Below, piece by piece: positions 54,430-64,000 of a stretch of 64,000 bases of DNA (positions are counted from its first letter, which is position 1; each line of letters starts with the position of its first letter). The notes under the pieces were generated by a model, which saw only the letters and a list, made by a program, of their open reading frames with translations, had not been told where the DNA came from and did not search any database. The stretch is taken from NCBI GenBank assembly GCA_964016885.1, contig OZ024745.1, positions 61,318,001-61,382,000 of the forward strand, in the 5' to 3' direction. Position numbers and translations under genes: made by a program. This stretch comes from Eledone cirrhosa (Eukaryota).

Positions 54430-54619
54430 GTACACACACATGTATACACACATATATATATACACACATATATACACACACACATATATATATATACATA
54501 TATGCATACATATATATACATATATATATATATATATATGCATATATATATACATATATGCATACATATATATACATATATACATATATATATGCATACA
54601 TATATATACATATATATAT

Positions 54620-56184
54620 AAATGTAAGTATGTATGTATACGTACATACATATATGTATACAGACGTACTGTAGTATGTATATATATACATACTTGCACA
54701 TATATATATATATATGCACGTATCGGTTTACCGAACATTTATTATAATGCTCGGTTTGTTTGTTTGTAAACAAACAAACAGCCCGAATTACGCCGTACAG
54801 TGTTTAGGCAACCACGTCACCTTTTTGTTCAACACTGACACAGGAACGATGTACTAGTTTCAAGCTTATTAGCTATCGTCAGCATCGTATACCTTCCTGC
54901 CAGATGGTTGAACGTCTGAAAGTATATACTTTCCTTATGCATATTAACGGCTGAGCAGCAGTATACGATGTTGACGATAGCTAATAAGCTTGAAACTAGT
55001 ACATCGTTCCTGTGTCAGTGTTGAACAAAAAGGTGACGTGGTTGCCTAAACACTGTACGGCGTAATTCGGGCGGTTTGTTTGTTTACAAACAAACAAACC
55101 GAGCATTATAATAAATGTTCGGTAAACCGATACGTGCATATATATATATATATATGTGCAAGTATGTATATATATACATACTACTGTACGTCTGTATACA
55201 TATATGTATGTACGTATACATACATACATACTTACATTTAAGTAACTGCCGTACTAAGAGTGAGAAATGAAATTTCGTTTCATTCTATTCCATTTATCGT
55301 TTTCGGTGCGCCCAGCCTACTAAACTCACTCGATATGCAAATTAGGCTGCTCAGCCGTTAATATGCATAAGGAAAGTATATACTTTCAGACGTTCAACCA
55401 TCTGGCAGGAAGGTATACGATGCTGACGATAGCTAATAAGCTTGAAACTAGTACATCGTTCCTGTGTCAGTGTTGAACAAAAAGGTGACGTGGTTGCCTA
55501 AACACTGTACGGCGTAATTCGGGCTGTTTGTTTGTTTACAAACAAACAAACCGAGCATTATAATAAATGTTCGGTAAACCGATACGTGCATATATATATA
55601 TATATGTGCAAGTATGTATATATATACATACTACAGTACGTCTGTATACATATATGTATGTACGTATACATACATACATACTTACATTTAAGTAACTGCC
55701 GTACTAAGAGTGAGAAATGAAATTTCGTTTCATTCTATTCCATTTATCGTTTTCGGTGCGCCCAGCCTACTAAACTCACTCGATATGCAAATTAGGCTGC
55801 TCAGCCGTTAATATGCATAAGGAAAGTATATACTTTCAGACGTTCAACCATCTGGCAGGAAGGTATACGATGTTGACGATAGCTAATAAGCTTGAAACTA
55901 GTACATCGTTCCTGTGCCAGTGTTCAACAAAAAGGTGACGTGGTTGCCTAAACACTGTACGGCGTAATTCGGGCTGTTTGTTTGTTTACAAACAAACAAA
56001 CCGAGCATTATAATAAATGTTCGGTAAACCGATACGTACATATATATATGTGTGCATGTATGTGTATATATACATACTACTGTACGTCTGTATACATATA
56101 TGTATGTACGTATACATACATACTTACATTTAAGTAACTGCCGTACTAAGAGTGAGAAATGAAATTTCGTTTCATTCTATTCCA
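54620..56184 (+). mobile_element. Tandem array of ~450-bp HHR-bearing units (2.7 copies) preceded by an inverted segment (54620-54959); retrozyme-like
   Basis: HHRs recur at 54965, 55417 and 55867; inverted copy at 54846-54888; TA-rich flanks. Confidence 0.85.
55417..55459 (+). ncRNA. Minimal type I hammerhead ribozyme, canonical core (intact inverted copy 54846-54888; C3->T copies at 54965-55007 and 55867-55909)
   Basis: ACGATG-CTGACGA-tAGCT-aata-AGCTt-GAAAC-TA-GTA-CATCGT. Confidence 0.9.
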
Positions 56185-56218
56185 TATATATATATGTATA
56201 TGTGTATGTATATATGTG

Positions 56219-56249
<31 letters not shown>

Positions 56250-56282
56250 GTATGTATATATGTATATATATATATATATATA

Positions 56283-56538
56283 TAAAGAAAAAGAGATGAA
56301 ATCGAAAATGCAACTGGAGTCTTATTTAAAAAAAAAAATATATATATTTATTTGGTTCCTTTACCGGTTTCGCAGTTCTTCTGCTTTTCAAAAGGTGAGT
56401 TGAGATGGAGGGTCTGTGGTTTTTCTCACAGATGTGTAGAAGAACTGCGAAACCGGTAAAGGAACCAAATAAATATATATATTTAAAAAAAAAAATAAGA
56501 CTCCAGTTGCATTTTCGATTTCATCTCATTTTCTTTAT
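56283..56538. repeat. Fold-back element retaining the 3' half of an HHR
   Basis: Arms ~56283-56381 / ~56439-56538; GAAAC-CG-GTA motif present, CUGA half absent. Confidence 0.6.
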
Positions 56539-56597
56539 ACTTTCACTCGTGTAGGACACCTCAGTTATTTTTCATTTTGTAAAAAAAACAACCTCAC

Positions 56598-56687
<90 letters not shown>

Positions 56688-56756
56688 GTATATATATGTG
56701 TATGTATATATGTATATATGTATATATATATAAATGTATATATGTATGTATATATG

Positions 56757-56790
<34 letters not shown>

Positions 56791-56801
56791 TACATACATA
56801 T

Positions 56802-56842
<41 letters not shown>

Positions 56843-56845
56843 TAC

Positions 56846-56899
<54 letters not shown>

Positions 56900-57025
56900 G
56901 GAAGCCGAAAATTGCTTATTGTGATCCAGTTCTTGGTTAAGAAAGCCAGTTTCATGGATGGTTTCAACGGTCGTAAATACCTGGATAAAAATCCTTCTCT
57001 TAATGCTTACCTGTGTTCTCTCTTT

Positions 57026-57068
<43 letters not shown>

Positions 57069-57069
57069 G

Positions 57070-57100
57070 TGATGAAGGACTAGCGTCCGAAACGTTAAGA
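57070..57100 (+). ncRNA. 5'-truncated hammerhead remnant
   Basis: TGATGA-a-GGAC-tagc-GTCC-GAAACGTTA directly after a microsatellite; 5' strand of stem I missing. Confidence 0.55.
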
Positions 57101-57297
57101 CCCTCTTCCTGCTATATCAAGCGGTAACCTAATATATACCTTCCATATACTGTACCGATTGTGTTGTTATTTCTGTTTACCTTTTACATACATATATATA
57201 AATGTATATATATATGTACATATATTTATAAATATTTATATACATATATATATATATATATATACACACACATATATATATACACACATACATATAC

Positions 57298-57422
<125 letters not shown>

Positions 57423-57514
57423 CATTTATATACACATACATACATATATATACATATATAAATATAGATATATTTATGCATATATATATATTCACACACA
57501 CACACACACATATA

Positions 57515-57637
<123 letters not shown>

Positions 57638-57859
57638 TGGAATCAGATGCGGGCTCTTTGCATAGATAATTGGACGACCACTTCAAATCAGAAGAAATCT
57701 GCTGTCAGAAATATGTATCACATCTTTAATGGGAATCTTACTAATGATTCACTGATCTCCCATCCGATAAACGATTTAACACCATGAAACTGTAACTACG
57801 AATATTTTCTTTAGAGTCTTTCGTGAGTGTCTTAGATAACTGGGTTATAAATATTTTTT

Positions 57860-58225
57860 CTAGCTTTCTAGGCTCCGAATTCAAATTTCGCCGAAGTCAA
57901 TATTGCTTTTCATCTTTCCGGTGTCGATAAATGAAGTACCATTCAAATACTGGGTAGAGTTAATCGATTGACACCTACTCTCTCTAAATATTTGTCCTTG
58001 TGTCTGTATTAGAAACAGGACGCTAGATTGGCAGAATAATTAATTGTTTCTACTTTTGGCACAAGGCCAGCAATTAGCCAGTACATGACTGGTACTTTAT
58101 TTTATCGACCCCGTAAGGATGAAAGGCAAAGTTAACCTCGGCGGGAATTGAACTCAGAATGGAAAGGGCCGTAACTCTATGCGTCAAAGCATGGCGTCCG
58201 ACCCTCTACCGATACTGCCAATCCA
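57860..58225. mobile_element. SINE copies (old + copy; young - copy 58042-58225 flanked by an agattggcagaataattaat duplication)
   Basis: Same core as 3055-3240. Confidence 0.8.
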
Positions 58226-59049
58226 CAGATTGGCAGAATAATTAATGCTTTGCGATATTCAGAAACGTTTCCTTACGTTCCGAGAGAAAATCGCGGTCAA
58301 CTTCGAATTTAATCCTTCCGTGTTCGGTACCAGTAAAGTATTGGGATTGATTTGTCTACCACTCAACCACCAAAGAAAAAGAAAATTTCTGCCACTGTGT
58401 CCATTTTAGAAACAATTATTATTGTTGTTGTTGCTATTGTTGTTTGTCAAACTTTCGCCTTCAATTCTTCGGAATATTTCAACGTCTACCTCATTACTTG
58501 TGTTGTTCTCTGGATACTGTTCACTTTCTCGACCTTCCCGTGGGGCGACTGAATTCTCCATTCGTCTCTTACAGAAGCAAACGTTATTTTATCTCTTGTT
58601 TCGTCGTCGTCGTCATTGTTGTAGGAAACGATTATCTATCACTATTTTTGTGGCGGCATCGTTGTGGTCGCAGTAGATGCTGCTGTCTCTTGTTGCCATG
58701 GCTGCAGCACCAATGTCAGACGCCTATGATATTTTCCACTCTCTCTTCTCTCAAATGTCTCCTCTTCCTCTCTTTTTTTTCTCACAGTTCTCTACATCGA
58801 AAACCATTACTCATTGACACGAAGTCATCGTTTTTTAAAAGGAAAATATGACATTTTTGAATATTCGAAGCTTAAAACAGAAGAACCCCTTTCCATTCGG
58901 AGACAAGAAAATCCCATCGAAAGGTAGCGGATTAACTTCTCCAAACGACTGTCAAGAAAAAAAAATCCCATTCGAGGGATATAAAGAAATATTTTCAAAA
59001 CTTACGAAGCTGACATGCGATTGAACTTTCTTATTGGTGACAATAATAT

Positions 59050-59610
59050 TTCTTTCTAATATTAGCATAGAGCCTCCAATTTGAGAGAAGGTTTTGTAGG
59101 TTATATCAACCCCAGTTCTTTACTGGTACTTTAGTTTATCCGCTGCAGAAGGATGAAAAGCAAAATTGATCTGGACGAGGTTAGAACTAAGAACGTTTGA
59201 ACTCAGATCTAAATACCACAAATTATTTTGTCCACTGCCTTAATATACCACTAAATAATTGTTTCTACTTAAGGCACAAGGCCAGCAATTATCCAGTGAA
59301 TTACTGGCACTTTATTTTATCGACCCCGTAAGGATGAAAGGCAAAGTCAACCTCGGCGGGATTTGAACTCAGATCGTAAAGGGACCACTAAATAATAATG
59401 TTTTCTAACAAAGGCAGAAGGCTAGCAAATTAAGGGATGAAGAAAGTCGAATATATTGACCCCAGTTGTTAACTGGTATTTATTTTATCAACTTCGGAAC
59501 AATAAAAGGCAAAGTTGAACTCGGCGGGATTTGAACCGAGAACATAGAAAATCGTAACTAAATGCCACAAAACATTTTATCCAACGCTCTACCTATTACT
59601 GCCAAGCCAA
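59050..59610 (-). mobile_element. Cluster of three SINE copies
   Basis: Same core, variable divergence. Confidence 0.75.
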
Positions 59611-61729
59611 CACCATGTCGTTAGAGACAATAATAATAAATGCTTCTAACATAGGCGTGGGAGGGCCGCAGTCGATGACTACTGATGATTCATTTTATCA
59701 AGCTCGGAAAAGCAAAGTTGACCGAAGTGGGATTTAAACTATACTTTTTCTTGGATAGTACAATTAAGTCACTGTCCAGGTTAAAGCCATTACCAGGTAC
59801 TTGGGTACCTTTAAAGACCTATAAATTAGGTGGTGGCGTTAAACTGAGTGGACCCACAGACTATCTGGTTGTTGGGTTTACGTGATTGTAAGCATTCGGA
59901 CTACGTCTTAAGTTTGAAGTTGCTCGTGGGTTAGGATTTCTTTGCCACAGTCTCAGAAACCACGAATGCGCAAATACCAGAATGTATGTTTAGTACCACT
60001 GTTGGTTCTTTGAGTAGGTGTTTTCTATCATAGATTCGAGTCAACCCGAATCAAAAGTTAATTTGAGCATACAGAAATTGTATAGAAGTTCTTCAGATAG
60101 ATTATATCCGTTCTTGGATGTTAGACATAACCCGTCGCCTAATTTAACATCCCCATCTGATCCTTAGGTGCCTTTAGCTAAGTCCACTCCGTCGCAAAGA
60201 TTAGAACCAGAGTTTCTAGCCTGAGAATAATTTGATATCTTCTTGTATTGCTTCAAACTGTAACAACTCAAGCGGTGTGATTTACTCCCTCATTTCCTTA
60301 TTAGTATCGGCGCCCCAATTAGACGAAAATTGACTAAGACATGAATGTTTTCCAAATTTATGACTTGGCAGAAGCGTTAAGCGTCGTAAGAAATGCTTTG
60401 CAGTATATATTCTGACCTTTTGCGATATGGGTTCAAAACGTACTGGCATCGAAAACAAAATACCAGACAGGATGGTGGACTGGCAGAATCGTCGTCTTGC
60501 GGTATTTGTTCTGGCTATTTTTGATCTGAATTCAAATACCACCATGGCTTACATGGGTGATAGACTTATTCGGATTTGGTCTCCGGTTTGAGAATAACTT
60601 CCTCCCTTCTCTCCACGCAGTCACAGAGGCCCTGATAAAGGTCATGATAATTGCCATTCTTCCTCACTAAGCGATATAAAATACGGTATGATATTTTGTT
60701 CAAAGCTCTATCGATTCTACCATCTTCAATCATAGCACAGGAACGAATGTTTATAGATAAGACATTGAGAACTTGTGGTAGTCATACTTCTTACAAGGGA
60801 AATCGAAGTGGTTTATACATAAAATAAATAATAACATAAAAATAAACACCCCCTTAGCAATATTTTGAGTTTTCCATCTAAATCAAATTGAAAATTAATG
60901 ACTAAATTGAACCATTAACGGAAACAGAAAATACAAACTCCATCATCCTTTATTTACTCATGCTAATACAAAATGGTTAATGGGATTCATGCAGGGCATG
61001 CTACTTGCTTAGTCCCGGATTAGATGAGCGAAAGATTATGTTGGATTAAGTCCAACTGATACATTCAATATTGTTGCTGCGAATAAAGCAAAACAATTTG
61101 AGTATCTGAATAAGAAAGATTGACTAATAATAATACTACTACTAATAATAATAACAATAATGATGACGATAATAGTAATAATGATGATGATGTTGATGAT
61201 GATGATAATGATGATGATGGTGATGATAAATAATGGTAATTGTAATAATAATAGTAATAATAACATCAATAAACATTATCATTTTCAGCAAAAGGAAGAG
61301 GATTGTGAGGCTGAATTTCGTATGCTTGGCGTTGGAAATCTTCCTACTTCAGATTAAAGGATTATCCACAAAGCAATTGTTATTCAATCAATTCTTAGAA
61401 TGTGCACCATTGCATATGTTCCTGATATCTCTTCTTACTGTTAATTCTCACATTGATCACACTATCTCACCGTATTTGTTTCTTTATCAACGCAACACAC
61501 AGACACAGGTTCATAAAATGCTTGCAAAATACACTCACTTGATCAAACAGTTAAAGGAATAGATATGTAACATAAGCAGAAATACAGAGACACAGGCAAA
61601 TAGATTGATTGATTCATAGAAAGAATGTGCAAACAGACTGAAAAAAACAAATACAAATAACAATATTACAGACTAATATATTGTTATATAAGATAGGATA
61701 ACAAACCGATATACACACACACGCATACA

Positions 61730-61775
<46 letters not shown>

Positions 61776-62267
61776 CATACATACACATATACATGTATAT
61801 GTGTACTCACACGCACATATTTATATATATATATATATACGTGTGCGTATCGACACACACACATAAATACGTGCATATATATAGAGTTATATATAGAGAT
61901 ATATACCGATTCACCTACCTAAGTTGAGGAATCTATAAACTCATGCATAATAACCGTACTAAAGCGAATATAGAAGATTAAAGAAGCGCAAAATTATTCT
62001 TATTGATAAACCTGATGTGCATAAACCTTCATGCCAGCTTATATAGTCAGCATTTCATTTTCGTTTGCCTAAAACAATCAAAGAATTCTAATAAGTAACT
62101 GGTTCTTAGTGTTAAAGCCACATTGTAATTCCTGAACTTTCTTCACAATTCTTGTAAATGCTTCGACATTTGAAACGAACATAAGCGTTCTTGGGATTTA
62201 TTCATGAAATGTGTGGATATAGAGTAAAAAGAGAGTGATTTAATACGACTAATAAAGGGTGATGTGA

Positions 62268-62470
62268 TGGATAGGCAGAGCGTAGGATAAGCTGCAATTG
62301 TGGTATTTGTGTTGGTTCTTTACGTTCTGACTTCAAATCCAGCCGAGATCAACTTTACCCTTCATCCATCAGAGGGTCGATAAAATAAACGTAATATTCA
62401 GGTACTGGAGTTAATTTAAACAATGTTGCCCACTAACCAACTTTGCTGGCTTTGTGTCTAAATTAGAAAT
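62268..62470 (+). mobile_element. SINE copy (diverged)
   Basis: gacttcaaatccagccgagatcaactttacccttcatcc..gggtcgataaaataa. Confidence 0.7.
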
Positions 62471-64000
62471 CAAAATAAATGTAATACAACTAATATATTT
62501 TCTTTTGAACATAATATGTTATATATTGTATTGAAATGAAAAAAGTGATACATTTTTAATAAAACAATGTTGACGTTTATCATATAATATTAACTACACT
62601 GTTTTTTCAACATTTACAACAAATCACTATATTTTCCATGATATATATTTCATCTAAATAACTATTGCAGAAGATAGAACGAGGACATTTTATGTGAGCC
62701 ATATGTATCTCAGTAATCTCAAGTCAGCCAAGGTCTAAGAAGCAGTGTTAATACGAATGACATTACATTTAACACACAAGAAGTCAGAACAAATATCATC
62801 CAGGCATCTCACCTGACATTCTACCAATTCCATCATTTAACTATCCAGGACTGGTGATATATTTCGACCCCTGAGATCAACAGACTGAGCCGAGGTATTT
62901 GAACCAATTAACAGCGTGATAAATCTTATCGGTCAAAAACGTTTCCTATCAGCGGTATTTGGTGCCAATAGATAAGTTATTATATAAATCCCAGGCCCCT
63001 TTATCTAAATGCAATTATTTTATTAAGCCTAGTAGTATATATCAAAATTAACGCTTGTTTTTCACTACTTATCTGTAAATAGCTGAGCAGGTACAGTTTA
63101 GCCCTGTAAAATACTGTAAATTGATAACTGTAAATTGATACAATGCAGAGTAACGATTAAGATTAACGATAAGTTTAGCTCGATAACTTAAATACTTTTC
63201 TGTAGTTAATAAAGTAAATTGTTCTTGCTGGAGGAATCTTCGTAAATAAAATCGAGCAATATGTTCTATATACCACATTTATACGAGATAAATAAACGTC
63301 AGTCGATTGAGAGAGGCGAGCATGGGAAAATTCAAACCCACCGAACTCAACTTTGCTTTCAACATTTCGGGGTCGATAAATTAAAGTACCAGTCCAGAGC
63401 AGTGTATTGGAACAGTTGTTATAGTCTGGGAGACAGTATTATTTAACGGCACTTTGAGATGTATGTTTCGAGTAGTAGAATTAATCCGTCGCTCAGTTAA
63501 CCACCACCTTATGGATTCCTTTAGTATAGTTCAACTAATCATGTCTCCTATGTGAGTATAACTTAATCCTTTCCTTTCACCAGTTACGGAAACTCTGAAA
63601 AAGTAAAGGCCCGTGGACACTGGCCTCCCCTACCTGATCAAGATGAAAAGAAACACGATGAGATTTGAATGCGAATTAAACTGCTAGCATACAATATTTA
63701 CGAAAGCTCTTTTCACAAACTTCATTTTTAGATACTTTGTTATTGACATTAATTTCGAAACTTCAGAGAGAAATGTTGAAACTAGAAACCACGAATAAAT
63801 ATATTTTGTTTTTCTCAGAAGTCTTTCATAGATGTTCTCCCCTTTTCATTTAAGAAATTGGTATGGGAATGATGTCTTTATCTGAATAACCACTATATTT
63901 GCAAGGGCATGATTTTAGTTCTCAGTTCCAGATAATGATGTTAGGTGTTTGTTATCTTAACATTTCATTTTGATGCCTTATCAAAATATTTCATTTACTA

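Noticed and set aside
58352-58851. CpG-containing ORFs and a GTTGCCATGG half X-box
   Set aside because: No consistent reading frame or splice signals; motif incomplete

Overview
AT-rich, microsatellite-laden eukaryotic DNA. The repeat content, including the dominant tRNA-type SINE, resembles a cephalopod (octopus-like) genome; this is inference. The main feature is a Penelope-like retroelement (PLE) system. Two RT + GIY-YIG elements of Naiad-like type sit back to back: 10118-13505 on minus, with a full-length ORF broken by four homopolymer frameshifts, and 13925-19513, with a 5'-truncated 768-aa ORF on plus inside a ~1.55-kb inverted repeat. Each carries a variant type-I hammerhead ribozyme (HHR) in its 3' end. 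Around them are at least seven other non-coding, (TA)n-embedded sequence types that also carry type-I HHRs. Two are tandem arrays of 530-bp and 450-bp units with one HHR per unit (retrozyme-like), and many are fold-backs whose inversion junction lies at or near the ribozyme. A non-autonomous Helitron family carries the HHR-bearing end of one PLE. Also present: R4/Dong-like and RTE-like LINE fragments, many SINE copies, MITEs, two minisatellites, a tRNA-like fold-back and one candidate terminal host exon. All HHRs were folded by eye; none has been tested.
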